A stretch of 64,000 bases of DNA from an uncultured Planctomycetota bacterium. GTDB lineage: Bacteria; Planctomycetota; Planctomycetia; Isosphaerales; Isosphaeraceae. Positions 52,311 to 62,762 of the stretch are shown in pieces (within the stretch, counting starts at the first letter, position 1; each line of letters starts with the position of its first letter). A model generated the notes under the pieces. It ran no database searches. It had not been told where the DNA came from and worked only from the letters and a program-made list of their open reading frames with translations. A program made the translations under genes and the position numbers. The stretch lies in the NCBI GenBank assembly GCA_963823665.1, contig CAWGMQ010000011.1, positions 576,001-640,000 on the forward strand. Reading direction: 5' to 3'.

Positions 52311-52344
52311 CCCTCACCCCGGCCCTCTCCCACGGGGGAGGGAG
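52311..52344. repeat. REP element CCCTCACCCCGGCCCTCTCCC...GGGAG
   Basis: Matches the widespread CCCTCACCCC(G/A)GCCCTCTCCC REP family. Confidence 0.7.
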
Positions 52345-52472
52345 CGATGAAACGCCGCGTTGAATTCCTCAACTTCATCGAATCGTCCGCGCTTTGAATT
52401 CGCAGAAACCCTCTGAGGGCGATTCGGGCGCGGCGACTGCGGTCAGACTCGGCTCCGAGAGGAGACCTCGAC

Positions 52473-55409
52473 ATGATGGCCGGCGATGAGACCGCGGGTG
52501 GCGACGCCCTTCCAGCGCGGGACGTTCATGAAAGCGAGACGGTCGCCGCCGCGCGGGACGCGGATTTCGAGTCGATGAAACGGCCGGAGAATGCGAGTCC
52601 AGCGTCCGCGGGCGTCGCGGACCTTGCTGAGTTCTCACGGTTGCTCGTCGAGATCGGTGTAATCAGCGACCTCGAGCTCAAAACCTTCGCCGCCCTCTCG
52701 TCCGAGGGAGTGCTCGGGTTGTCTCGCTCTCTGGTCAAGGCTGGCAAGCTCACGCCCTATCAGGCGGCCGCGATTTATCAGAAAAAGAGCCGGGGGCTGC
52801 TGGTTGGCAACTATCTGATTCTCGACAAGCTCGGCCAGGGCGGGATGGGCGTGGTTTTCAAGGCGCGGCATCGCCGGCTGGGGCGGATCGGTGCGCTCAA
52901 GATCCTGCCACCGTCGTTTGCACGCGACCGCGATGCCGTCCTGCGGTTTCGCCGCGAGGTCGAGGCGGCAGGCAGGCTCACGCATCCAAACCTCGTGGCC
53001 GCTCAGGATGCCGACGAAGACCGCGGCGTCCATTTCCTGGTCATGGACTACGTCGAGGGGCGCGACCTCGACCGCGTGGTCCGCGATCGCGGGCCCATGG
53101 CGGTCATGCAAGCAATTGATTGTCTGATGCAGGCGGCCCGCGGGCTCGACGCTGCCCACGCACAGGGAATCATCCATCGCGATATCAAGCCCGGCAACCT
53201 CATGCTCGTTCACGACGGCACGGTCCGCGTGCTCGATCTGGGATTGGCCCGGATCGTCGACGCCGCCAACCCGTTCAGCAAATCGGCCGCCGGCCGGCTC
53301 ACCCAGAGCGGCATGTACATGGGGACCGTGGATTTCATGGCGCCGGAGCAAGCCGAAGACTCGCACCGCGTCGACCATCGCGCGGATATCTACAGCCTGG
53401 GTTGCACGTTCTACTACCTGCTCACAGGCAGGGTGCCGTTTTCGGGTGACAATGTCCTCAAGCGGCTGATGGCCCACATGGAGCGCCCCGCCCCCTCGCT
53501 GCGGATTGCCCGGCCCGACGTTCCCCCGCGCTCGACGCGGCGTATCTCAAGATGATGGCCAAGAGCCCGCTTGATCGCCCAGCGTCGATGGCCGAGGTGA
53601 TCTCGCTCCTGGAGGCGTGCACGACGGCGGTCGCTCTGGCGAAGGCGCCGGCGGCCGCACTGCCGGAAACCACGCGCGAGCTGAAGGTCTTCGACGAGAC
53701 GCCCCTCAAGCGGGCCGCCGCACCCAGGACGAAAGTTGAGCCCTCGATCTTCGCGCGCCCCAAGGAAGCGGAGGTCCTGGTCGGGAACGACGAGCTTCGC
53801 CTGGAAGACCTGGTCATGGACGTGCGCCCTGGATCACCTCCGACGCCACAGCCGGCTGCGTCTGGGCGGGCGGGCGGCGGCGTGCAGCCCTTCAAGCGGA
53901 TGTCCTCGACAGGATCACGCGGCCGGCCGAGTCGGCGGGGGCTCGTTTTCCTCGCGCTGGCGGCGCCTGTTGTGCTGGGCACCGTGTTCGTCGGCGTTGC
54001 AATGTTCCGTGGGCCCGCCAGGGAAAACGGCCCCGCGCCGGCGCCAGCCGGCACCCTCGCCGCGAACGAACCGCCTGATCCCGCGGAGACGAGAGCGCCC
54101 GAGGCTTGCGCCTGAGACTGCGGCTCCGCCGCCGCCACCATCAAATCCCCCCGAAGACCTGAAACGCGTCGAAGCCCCTAAAATCTCGCAGCAAGCCACG
54201 GTGCAGAACCTCCGCAATGGCGAGGACGTGAGTCGCTGGATCAGGGACGGCGGTTCTGGCACGGACATGCATGTGGAGAACGGAGAACTCGTCGTCAGTG
54301 GAACGGGAGATTATCGCAAGCTGGGCTGGATCCTGTCCGATCGCAGCTTCTCCGATTTCATTCTGCGGTTCGAGTTTCAGTTATCGCGGGGAGCGAATAG
54401 CGGCGTCGCGCTGCGAGCGAAAGGCGGCGATCGCGTGGGGGGCCTGCGGGTGTATCCTGAGGTTTCTATCATGGACACCGATCAGCGACTCGAGGAGACC
54501 GGAACGTTTGAGTGGTCGAACAGCCTGAAGGCGCAGGACTGGCTGCCCCTTGACCGGCGATCGCACCTCAACCCGGTGGGACAGTGGAACAACATGGAGA
54601 TCGAGCTGCGCGGACAGGCGTTACGAGTGAACATCAATGGGACTGACGTTCTCACGAGGAATTTGCGCGAGCTCGCCGCGCGTCCGCAGGCTTTGCCGGG
54701 CATCAAACGCGATTCGGGCAGCATCGGGTTCCAGGCCCATACCGGCACGGTGCGGTTTCGAAATATCGAGGTCGAGGAACTGATCAGATCGGTCGACGGT
54801 GGCGACACGGTCGCGGGAGGCGGGCGGCAGGAAATCGCGTCACCGTCGTTCTTCGACGGCAAGACTCTCGCAGGCTGGGAGGGATTGAAGGGTTACTGGA
54901 GCGTGCGCGATGGGGCGATTGTGGGCAGGTGCCCGCAGGGAAAGCCGGCACACACGTTTTTGTGCAGCAACCGGGGTTACTCTGATTTCGAGCTGCGATT
55001 CAAAGCCAAACTCATGGACGGGGTCGGGAACAGCGGGGTGCAATTCCGCTCGCGGATCACGGACCACCGCAACTTCCGGGCGGGCGGGCCCCAGTGCGAG
55101 ATCGCCGGGGTGAGTCACCGCTACCCGCCCGGCAGCCTGGTCACGGAGCCGGGTGGTCCGGTGATTGCTGCGCCGCGGGAACGGGTCGCGGAAAGGTACA
55201 AAATCGGCGACTTCAACGAGTTTGTGATCCGGTGCGTGGGCAAGCACGTGACGATTCGGGTCAATGGCATCATCACCGTGGACGCCGACTGGCCGTCAAT
55301 GCTCAGTGAAGGGGTGATCGCCTGGCAGATCCACGGAGCCGACGCACCTCGTGAGGTTGTGTTCAAGGATGTGACACTGGTCGAGGTGGGCCCAGGGCGT
55401 AGGGAATGA
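52473..55409 (+). CDS. Ser/Thr protein kinase with TM helix and two C-terminal DUF1080 (3-keto-disaccharide hydrolase/GH16-like) domains; frameshifts near 53530 and 54100
   Basis: GQGGMGVV, HRDIKPGN, LDLGLAR, GTVDFMAPEQ. DUF1080 motifs FSDFILRFEF...NSGV, GSIGFQAH...VRFRNI and FDGKTLAGW...GNSGVQFRS. Confidence 0.88.
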
Positions 55410-55637
55410 GCCGGGGACTCGACGTGGTTCAAGGAGTTCCACTCGGTCGTACTCGAGTAATTACGTTCTTCGGAACGAACTGCGCGGCTACACTGTAGAC
55501 ACTCAAGAAGCGGAATTGCGCGGTCAAGCCAGACGAGATTCTGTGGAAACGAGGGAGCTCTGGGCCGCCTGGAGAGTTGGGGTCCGTCATCAGCCCTGTC
55601 AGGAGCGATCTATGATTCCTCCGTCCGAGGGCTCGTC

Positions 55638-55946
55638 ATGAGTGCCTCAAACAAATCGGGCCGCCTGGATCATTTCGATATCACAATTGAAGGCACCGAG
55701 GATTTGGCCATTCAACCGTGGCACGGCCCGTTGCGCCTCCAGAAAACCCCGATCTCGGGCGACGCTGCAAAATCCTCGCGGGAGGCTTTCGACTTTCTCG
55801 TCGTCAGCGACGAGGACTTGACGGTTCGACCGTGGCCTCGAGCGCAGGCGGCACCGGCTCCGACGAATGAAAAAACCGCCCAGGACGTGCGGTGCGAGTC
55901 AGGAGAAGCGGACGGCGTTTCCGAACATTCACGCAAGCCGGGTTGA
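55638..55946 (+). CDS. Small hypothetical protein with an internal two-fold motif
   Basis: FDITIEGTEDLAIQPW and FDFLVVSDEDLTVRPW. Confidence 0.5.
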   Translation: MSASNKSGRLDHFDITIEGTEDLAIQPWHGPLRLQKTPISGDAAKSSREAFDFLVVSDEDLTVRPWPRAQAAPAPTNEKTAQDVRCESGEADGVSEHSRKPG

Positions 55947-55985
55947 GTGCTGTCGTGTTGAGCGGTTCGCATCGAGCAGCCGCTT

Positions 55986-56651
55986 ATGCCGGACTGGCAA
56001 CACGAGAGCGGAGGTCACTGCGACGTGGCTGAAGTCGATGTTGAGTTACCTCACTCTCATGACCTGTTTCTGCGATTCTTCGACCCATGGTACGAGGAAG
56101 CAAACCGAAAGCGTCGGGGGTTCGAGTCGACTTTCCCGGATGTGATTCAGCAGGAGTCGTTCATTGGATTGTCGCAAGCGGACGCGAACTGGCTGCCGGA
56201 GACCTGGCAGAAGAAGGTCATGCGCAGCATTGACGGAATGGTCGATGCGGCTCGCGGTGACTGGCGCGAATACCTATCGGTCGCTGACGACATAACCTTG
56301 GAATGGATCGATGCGTTCGACCGCTATTATAATCGCAAACGCATTCACGAGCTCATCGAGCGCTCGGACCCTTCGGATTATGGGAACGACTACCTTGTGA
56401 CTTGCTGCGAATTCGGAGCCGCACTGAGTCACGTCTTTCGTGGCGCGCAGCCCCGTCTCATCTGGCGGCTTGACTGGCCGTACTGGGATTCGACGCTCCT
56501 CGACCCAAAGACGGGAACGTGCGTATCCGTGTTTCACTGGGCGGTCAAGAAATTGAGCGACTATGGGGTCGACGATGGATACGCCGCGAAGACAAAAGCA
56601 TGTTTGCAGTTCTTGGCTGATGAGCGGAAGATTTCTGAGTGGGGAAAATGA
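55986..56651 (+). CDS. Hypothetical protein
   Basis: 221-aa ORF with natural amino-acid composition. No recognised family. Confidence 0.65.
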   Translation: MPDWQHESGGHCDVAEVDVELPHSHDLFLRFFDPWYEEANRKRRGFESTFPDVIQQESFIGLSQADANWLPETWQKKVMRSIDGMVDAARGDWREYLSVADDITLEWIDAFDRYYNRKRIHELIERSDPSDYGNDYLVTCCEFGAALSHVFRGAQPRLIWRLDWPYWDSTLLDPKTGTCVSVFHWAVKKLSDYGVDDGYAAKTKACLQFLADERKISEWGK

Positions 56652-56664
56652 GTGAGGTTAGTCT

Positions 56665-56904
56665 ATGGCGCTCACCTGTGACCGATGTGGCACTTCTGAT
56701 TTCGCGGTCAAAGGGAAGGCGTTCGAACTCAGCTTCACCTGCGGCGCTTGCCGCACCGTGATGTGCTCGAATTGTGCCGGACGCCGATTGGCTGGCTATG
56801 GCGCAATCGAATTCCTCTGCTGCTATCAGTGCGGGTCATCTGATCTCCGCGAGGCCTCCATTTGGGCTGAGCGGCTGGCGCGCGGTCACGAGAGTGAATC
56901 GTGA
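56665..56904 (+). CDS. Small Cys-rich zinc-finger protein
   Basis: CDRC, CGAC, CSNC, CYQC. GAGG RBS. Confidence 0.6.
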   Translation: MALTCDRCGTSDFAVKGKAFELSFTCGACRTVMCSNCAGRRLAGYGAIEFLCCYQCGSSDLREASIWAERLARGHESES

Positions 56905-57007
56905 GGGGAACCCAACACCAACCGTGCAGACCAAGGTGTGCGGTGATTGCTCGCCGGGCCATGCGTGCAGGAAAATGAAGAAGGGAGAAAGAAGAGGACC
57001 GGATGTC

Positions 57008-57210
57008 TTAGCCACGGATGAAACACGGATCGAACACGGATAATACGAGAATACATCAGGTGAGCGGTTGGTTTTGTGGGAGGCTCACGCAAAGGCGCAA
57101 GGGCGCGAACAGAAATGACGAACGTGGAAAGCCTTTCAGCACTGGCGAACGGGGAGTGCATATTGTTGGTCGGACGTTTGAACAGAAGCCAACAAAGGTA
57201 ACGAAGGTGA
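57008..57210 (+). repeat. Cluster of short-period intergenic repeats (CACGGAT x3; CGCAAAGGCGCAAGGGCGC; AACAGAAG..AACAAAGGTAACGAAG)
   Basis: Seen directly. These resemble repeat types common in PVC genomes. 57034-57090 recurs at 60051-60104. Confidence 0.7.
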
Positions 57211-57904
57211 AGAGGGAATCGCTCCAGGGGCGGACGTGTTGAGCGCTCGGCGGCTCGCTTGCGGCTTCTCCAATCAACTCCCGCATGAGACGCAGGATAT
57301 CCGCCGCGTGTTTGTTTTCGAGCTTCATTTGGGATTGCAGCAGAATCGCTGCCTTTTCGAAATCACTGGCGTCGCATGCGGCCCACTTTGCGGTCTGGAC
57401 GTCGCATTCCTTCAGTGCCAACTGGTGCAGGTCGATCCACTCTGGGCGGCAGTCCAAACAGGCCCATGACGGTAGCCGTGTTCTTTCCAGAAGTGGCGCC
57501 AGCGCGGGATCACCCTGTTCAATCGCTGCAAAGTAGCGGCGGTTCAGCCCTAGCAAGGTGCGACCCGCGCCTACTTCCTCCACTTGCACGGCGGCGATAC
57601 GGGAGTAACCCCACAGAATGTGGACCAAACTACCGCCTCGGCACTCTGGGCAGAATTCGGGCAAGGGTTGTATTCGCGTCTGTGGCACCCAGACGTTCTT
57701 GCTGTCGAGAGAGACCACCGCAGTCCGAATCCGACGAGCGACTGGCTTCAGTATAACCGTTCCACAATCCAGCATCGTCCCCCGCGCAGTGCGCTCCAAC
57801 CACCGGCGATCCACTAATTCGATCAAGTTGTCACGGACCAGGAAGAGGCTGAGCCGATAGGATCTCGCCAATGAATCCAACAACGTATCGTCTTCCTTCT
57901 TCAC
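57056..57904 (-). CDS. Hypothetical protein with CxxC pairs and a UVR-like helix; both ends uncertain
   Basis: CPECRGGSLVHILWG, WACLDC, KWAACDASDFEKAAIL. The C-terminal ~60 aa read through the repeat cluster. Confidence 0.5.
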   Translation of the reverse strand: MKKEDDTLLDSLARSYRLSLFLVRDNLIELVDRRWLERTARGTMLDCGTVILKPVARRIRTAVVSLDSKNVWVPQTRIQPLPEFCPECRGGSLVHILWGYSRIAAVQVEEVGAGRTLLGLNRRYFAAIEQGDPALAPLLERTRLPSWACLDCRPEWIDLHQLALKECDVQTAKWAACDASDFEKAAILLQSQMKLENKHAADILRLMRELIGEAASEPPSAQHVRPWSDSLFTFVTFVGFCSNVRPTICTPRSPVLKGFPRSSFLFAPLRLCVSLPQNQPLT

Positions 57905-58127
57905 CGTGGCGTTTAGGTTTGAAATCGACCTGAACGTCGTCGTCCTTCCACTGCGCGGTCATCTCGAACTCCGAGAGATCACCCAGGTCTCTCCTCGCTT
58001 CTCTGACCGCAAACTTTGCCATCGTGTGGAGCAAAATTCGATCGTGCTTAATCTTGTGCGCGTACAGAGCAGAGGCGACCGCCGCCACGCCCACCACGAT
58101 CATCAGGTGCCGAACTGAAGTATCCAT
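57831..58127 (-). CDS. Small membrane-anchored hypothetical protein
   Basis: N-terminus SVRHLMIVVGVAAV, a planctomycete-type anchor. Confidence 0.55.
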   Translation of the reverse strand: MDTSVRHLMIVVGVAAVASALYAHKIKHDRILLHTMAKFAVREARRDLGDLSEFEMTAQWKDDDVQVDFKPKRHGEEGRRYVVGFIGEILSAQPLPGP

Positions 58128-58617
58128 CGAGCGCCCAGATAGGCCCGCAGCCAGGGTAATTCGAGACCTTGAGGCCGCGTCGGGTGTAGTGGTTCCAGAC
58201 GGCGTGGAGCTCCGTTCGGACAGCCTGCACTCCGTCCAGAAACGCAACCACAACTTGGCTGGCCTCATCCACGACCGCTGGCCTCGCTCCCGCAGCCCGA
58301 CAAGAATTCAACAGGATCAATTCCGTCCAACGCTGGCTGACATTACTTTGAGTCAGAGGTAACAGGTGAAGCGGATTCGGTCAACCATTCGACTGAGTGA
58401 CCGCCCATCGGACCCATTCCTCGTTGATCTCGCCAGAGTATTCTGGATTAGCAATCAAAGTCCGCGTGATAGCCCTGTAACGCCAGTCCAATCGCTCGCA
58501 AGTTCGCCTTGCAGCCACTATCTCGCCTGATCTCTGGTTCACACGTTCCAGGTTCCGGCACCGTCACGCGGCCGACGTTTTTCGCATACTATGATTGAGG
58601 CCTTACGGCTCCGGGTG

Positions 58618-59082
58618 TTATGCGGCAGATGCAAGACTGCCGTATTTGAATATGAAGACGCTGAGGCAAAGAATAGCGGCCGCCGCAAAGCACATCCACC
58701 AACAGAAGATTTGCAACTGACGCTCCGGCCTCACTCCCGCCAAGGCTCCAATGAGCCCGGCGATTGCACCCGCGCCGGCGGCGACGGTCATGAAAAGAAG
58801 AGCGCTCCATACCGTGATCACGGTGGATATCACGGTGTCGGAGCTCAATCCGGGCCAGCCGTTTGCCCAATCGGGCTCAAAAGACAAGAACACGCTGAAT
58901 ATGAGCTCGTGGATCAGAAAGAGTCCGGCCACGCCAGCGATCGCGCTCCAGAAGACGGCCATCTTCAGCATTGATTTCCATTGCGGCCGCGGCGTCGCAG
59001 GTTGGAAATAATCTGATACATGCCAGTCCAGATTTCCGGAGTTCATGCGCTTCATACGGATGACTCGATCGAGGTCGAGCAC
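58618..59082 (-). CDS. Hypothetical membrane protein
   Basis: Three to four hydrophobic helices. Confidence 0.55.
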   Translation of the reverse strand: MLDLDRVIRMKRMNSGNLDWHVSDYFQPATPRPQWKSMLKMAVFWSAIAGVAGLFLIHELIFSVFLSFEPDWANGWPGLSSDTVISTVITVWSALLFMTVAAGAGAIAGLIGALAGVRPERQLQIFCWWMCFAAAAILCLSVFIFKYGSLASAA

Positions 59083-59267
59083 AGGAAGCGTGGTGCTAAT
59101 TCTGGGGTGCCGAAGAATGTCTTTGCGGCCGATTTCGATTGTAATCTATGGTGTTAGCTTGCAACACAAGGCAACGAATCTAACGTTGCCTGGAGGCAGT
59201 TCCTCATGCACCTGCCGAGCTAGAGCGATGGAAGTTGAGGATTGCCACCGAGCCGGAGTGTCCGGGC

Positions 59268-59942
59268 ATGCGATTTCCCAGTTGTCGATTCACATTACCG
59301 CGGATCTTGGTCAGCATCGCGATCGTGGGCGGGACGGTGGCATTCATCAGGCACATCACGCCGAATTATCTCTATGGCCCGATCACATCGGACCTCAGCA
59401 TGCTCTCGGTCGCCTCACCGCTCTCGCCGGACGGACGCATGGGCACTTACACGGAGTCGGAGTGGGCGGCCCAGATCAAGCAGATGTCGTCCGATGCCGT
59501 GCTCGACACCGCCCTGGCCGATCAGAGGATCGCCCGCCTGTCTCTCTTTCAAGACCTGGCCGATCCCCGGGCTGGACTCTCCGGTATGTTCCAGATCAGC
59601 GTCAGCTTCTCCGTGGCCCAGACGGACTCCCACCCTGCGATCAACGGCGTGTTGCTTCACGTCAATTCCACGACTGAGGTCCAGGACATCGCCGACGCTT
59701 TGGCGGACGCGATCGCAGCGAAAGGGCCTGCGAGTATCACGGTTGTTGACAGACCGACCGGCATCATGACCGCCCACGTAATTAGCCAGATCCCCTGGTA
59801 CCGCGACTGGAGAGTTTACACCATCGCGACCGTCTCGCTGACGACGGTCCTGGTCGTGCTCGTTCTTCCCTCCGGACTGATGCGCTGTCTATCGCCGCGC
59901 TGGTCGGAACCGCCGTCATGTTGGGCGTCGGGCGGATCATGA
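59268..59942 (+). CDS. Hypothetical two-TM protein
   Basis: MRFPSCRFTLPRILVSIAIVG anchor and a C-terminal TM helix. Confidence 0.6.
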   Translation: MRFPSCRFTLPRILVSIAIVGGTVAFIRHITPNYLYGPITSDLSMLSVASPLSPDGRMGTYTESEWAAQIKQMSSDAVLDTALADQRIARLSLFQDLADPRAGLSGMFQISVSFSVAQTDSHPAINGVLLHVNSTTEVQDIADALADAIAAKGPASITVVDRPTGIMTAHVISQIPWYRDWRVYTIATVSLTTVLVVLVLPSGLMRCLSPRWSEPPSCWASGGS

Positions 59943-60050
59943 CAGCGAGCGGACCTGCTCCGAACTTGTCGTGGGGCGGGCGATTCTTGCGGTAGGCCTT
60001 CAGTAGATCCCGTAGTCGCATCCGCCCGTCGCGACCGTGCCCTTCAGATC

Positions 60051-60104
60051 ACACGGATAATATGAGAAGACATGAGGTGAGTGGTTGGTTTTTGGGGCTC
60101 ACGC
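60051..60104 (+). repeat. Direct repeat of 57034-57090
   Basis: ACACGGATAATATGAGAAGACATGAGGTGAGTGGTTGGTTTT...GCTCACGC, with four substitutions plus small indels. Confidence 0.8.
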
Positions 60105-60223
60105 GGGGGCCAGAGAACTCCGGTCTGGCGGGACGGCGGCGACCCTTCGGGTGCCCGAGACTCGCGCCGAACGAAGTCGCTCTAGTCAAGAAATTGACTA
60201 GAGCGATTCGCGTGCTGCGCTGG

Positions 60224-61258
60224 TCAGGCTTTGCGGGCTACGTTGAGCCACGTGTGGACGTGGGGCGAGCCTCGGAAATACCAGGAGAAGGCTGGGCCTT
60301 CGAGCTTCCAGATGTCCCAGACGCCATCATTGCCGAGGTCGCCTTCCTTGAAGAAGGTCAGGCGCAGTTTGTCGACGCCGCCGCTGGTTGTGACGCACTC
60401 GCGTACTTCTTCGGCGTCGACGGCGCGGAAGGGCCTCAGCATCATTTCCAGGAGTTGACTCACCATCGCTTTTTGCTGGCTATCGAGGTCAGCCACGGCC
60501 AGGCCGGTGGCCGGGAGCTTGTCGCCTTTCAGCTTTGTGGTTTTCGGTTCGTCGGCTTCCGCTTTCGTGACGAGGGCCCGGGCCTGCTCCTTGTCGTCGA
60601 GTGTGCGGAAGATCTTGTTGGCCTGGTCGCCTTGATACCACCAGACGTTGTTGGTGTGCTTCGAATCCTCGGTGTCGTGGCCGTCGGCTGCGTGGCCATA
60701 GAAAATCGGACCGCCGAACGCGGCTCCCTCAACGCTGTTGCCATCGGCGCGCAGCGTGTCATGACGACCGGAGAGAACCCACTCGAAGGGCTTGTCGGAA
60801 CCAGGCTCACCGAAGACCGCCACGTGGTAGGCCTCGAAGCCACCGGCGTCGTCTTCCATTTGCTTCATGAACCGCTCGTAGCCATCCTCACTGCAGAGAT
60901 TCTTCATGATCTCGGTGCAAATCGACTGCTGCTCCGCCGTCAGATCGCCGATTGACGGCTTGACGATGGCCCAGTTGTTTCCGACCCTCTTGCGCAAGGG
61001 GTCATCGAAGGGGAAAGCGAGGATTTTGCGTTGTTCGGCGGTCAACGTCTTGTAGAAACGGGCAACCGCGGTTTCGGCGGCGGAAGTACGAGTAGGACCA
61101 GCCTGATCGGGCCCAATCAATGTCGCGGATTGACCGATGGTGGGAACGGTCAGGACCGCGGCCCCGGCCGCGATCGATCTGACAAAATCACGCCGCGACA
61201 CGGGTGTGCAGAACGAGCACTCGAGCCCGGACGACTTTCGGACGTTCAGTTGTGTCAT
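60224..61258 (-). CDS. DUF3500 domain protein with Tat signal
   Basis: SRRDFV Tat motif, FYKTLTAEQR, VAVFGEPG, FGGPIFYG, WYFRGSPHVHTW. Confidence 0.82.
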   Translation of the reverse strand: MTQLNVRKSSGLECSFCTPVSRRDFVRSIAAGAAVLTVPTIGQSATLIGPDQAGPTRTSAAETAVARFYKTLTAEQRKILAFPFDDPLRKRVGNNWAIVKPSIGDLTAEQQSICTEIMKNLCSEDGYERFMKQMEDDAGGFEAYHVAVFGEPGSDKPFEWVLSGRHDTLRADGNSVEGAAFGGPIFYGHAADGHDTEDSKHTNNVWWYQGDQANKIFRTLDDKEQARALVTKAEADEPKTTKLKGDKLPATGLAVADLDSQQKAMVSQLLEMMLRPFRAVDAEEVRECVTTSGGVDKLRLTFFKEGDLGNDGVWDIWKLEGPAFSWYFRGSPHVHTWLNVARKA

Positions 61259-61520
61259 CGAAGCGAAACTCCTGGACCAGTGTGTTGTTCAGTCACGGCA
61301 CGGTTGCTGTCGACGACCGAGAAAAGGCGAGTCATTTCATTTCGCAAAGGATCGGGGAAAATCACGATACCTTTCTGCGACCCTTGTGTTAGGCTAAACC
61401 CATCAGGGGCTGGAAGTCAACGGGCGGGCTCCGATCTATATCGGTACTATTCATGCTGATAGGTTGAAGCTGTGAATAGTTATGCCCTGCCCCGTCACAC
61501 TGAATGTCAGGCGCGGTGAG

Positions 61521-62183
61521 ATGGTGTCGACGTACTTGATTCGCTATGGGCTGATGGGACACGTCGGACAATTCCGCGCCGCCGCCCCACCGGGCGTGGC
61601 TTTTCATCGCGGTCAGACGGTTGTGATCCGCTCAAGTCGTGGCGAGGAATTTGGCGAAGTTTTGACTGCGTGCGACGATCGCGATCTGACTGATTTTGTG
61701 GGTGACGTGGCGCCACCGGAAAAGGACAACCATCCGAGCGTGTACCGGGCGGCGAACTCGGAGGATCTTGTGCGGGCGCACGAGGCGAACGCGTCGCGGC
61801 TCTTGCGCTTCTCGATGTGCGAGCGCATCCTCAAGGAGGCGGGGCGAGATTGGGAGCTTCTCGACATCGAGCCGCTTCTGGATGGTGGCACCATCGTGCT
61901 TCACTATCTCGGGCCGCATGAGCTCGATGCCGCGAGTCTGCGTGCTCGTTTTCGCGTTGCGTGCGACGTGGATGTCGTGCTCGAGCCTGTTGGCATGGGC
62001 GGCGAGCACAATTCGGCTGGCGGAGAGCATGGGCAGCATGAATGCGGGCGGTGTGGTGTGCCGTCGGCGGGGCACAGCGGAAGCGAGTCCTCGGGTGGAG
62101 GTTGCGGCTCATGTGGCTCCACGGCGGCGGCCGGCTGCGCGTCGTGTGCGCTGAGCGAGCACATTGCGAGTCGGCGGCGGTGA
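61521..62183 (+). CDS. PSP1-domain (YaaT/RicT-like) protein
   Basis: RGQTVVIRSSRGEEFGEVL, LLDIEPLLDG..IVLHYLG, Cys/Gly-rich tail. Confidence 0.72.
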   Translation: MVSTYLIRYGLMGHVGQFRAAAPPGVAFHRGQTVVIRSSRGEEFGEVLTACDDRDLTDFVGDVAPPEKDNHPSVYRAANSEDLVRAHEANASRLLRFSMCERILKEAGRDWELLDIEPLLDGGTIVLHYLGPHELDAASLRARFRVACDVDVVLEPVGMGGEHNSAGGEHGQHECGRCGVPSAGHSGSESSGGGCGSCGSTAAAGCASCALSEHIASRRR

Positions 62184-62632
62184 GTGTCGGGTGGCGCGGT
62201 CGGCAGCCTTTTCACATTCACCCAGGATACGTCTGGCTTCAGGGGATTCGAAGAACACACGCAGAAATGCGTCCATCGCCCTTTGCTGTATTTGCGCTCC
62301 TGTCTCCCAACGTGAGAGGGTCGCTTCCGCGATTTGCAGACGAGCAGCGAGTTCCTTTTGTGTGAGGCGTAGCCCTTCTCGGCGTGTGCGGATTTCTTCA
62401 GGCGAGAGCAATCCAACCTCGCTGCGCAAGGCCTCGCTTAGCCGGCGATTCGCCGCATCGTCGAACACCATCCCCCGCCCGCACTGCTCGCAGAGGGCTA
62501 CCTGAAAGTCGGGAATCGAGATGCGATACTTTTTCCCATCGTGATCCAATTCAGCATCGTATCTCGGGATGATTTTGGGCGCACCGCGCGCTCATGGCAA
62601 TCGCCGCATTTCCAGGGAAAAGGCTTCATCAT
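62109..62632 (-). CDS. MqsA-type antitoxin (zinc ribbon plus XRE HTH), frameshift in an A-run near 62573
   Basis: KCGDC...CEQC, LLSPEEIRTRREGLRLTQKELAARLQIAEATLSRWETGAQIQQRAMD. Adding one A gives PKIIPRYDAELDHDGK. Confidence 0.82.
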
Positions 62633-62762
62633 CGCCTTCCATTCAACGTATCCGGTGACGAACGGCCTAGCCGAACTAGCCAGAGCGAACGTTTTCTTGA
62701 CAAGGGCTTGTTCGTGGTCATCGTCCACGGATTCGGTACCATCTCTTACCATAATGCGTGCA

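Noticed and set aside
55410..60200. Integron cassette array
   Set aside because: The genes are in mixed orientation, and I found no attC-like RYYYAAC...GTTRRRY sites and no integrase.
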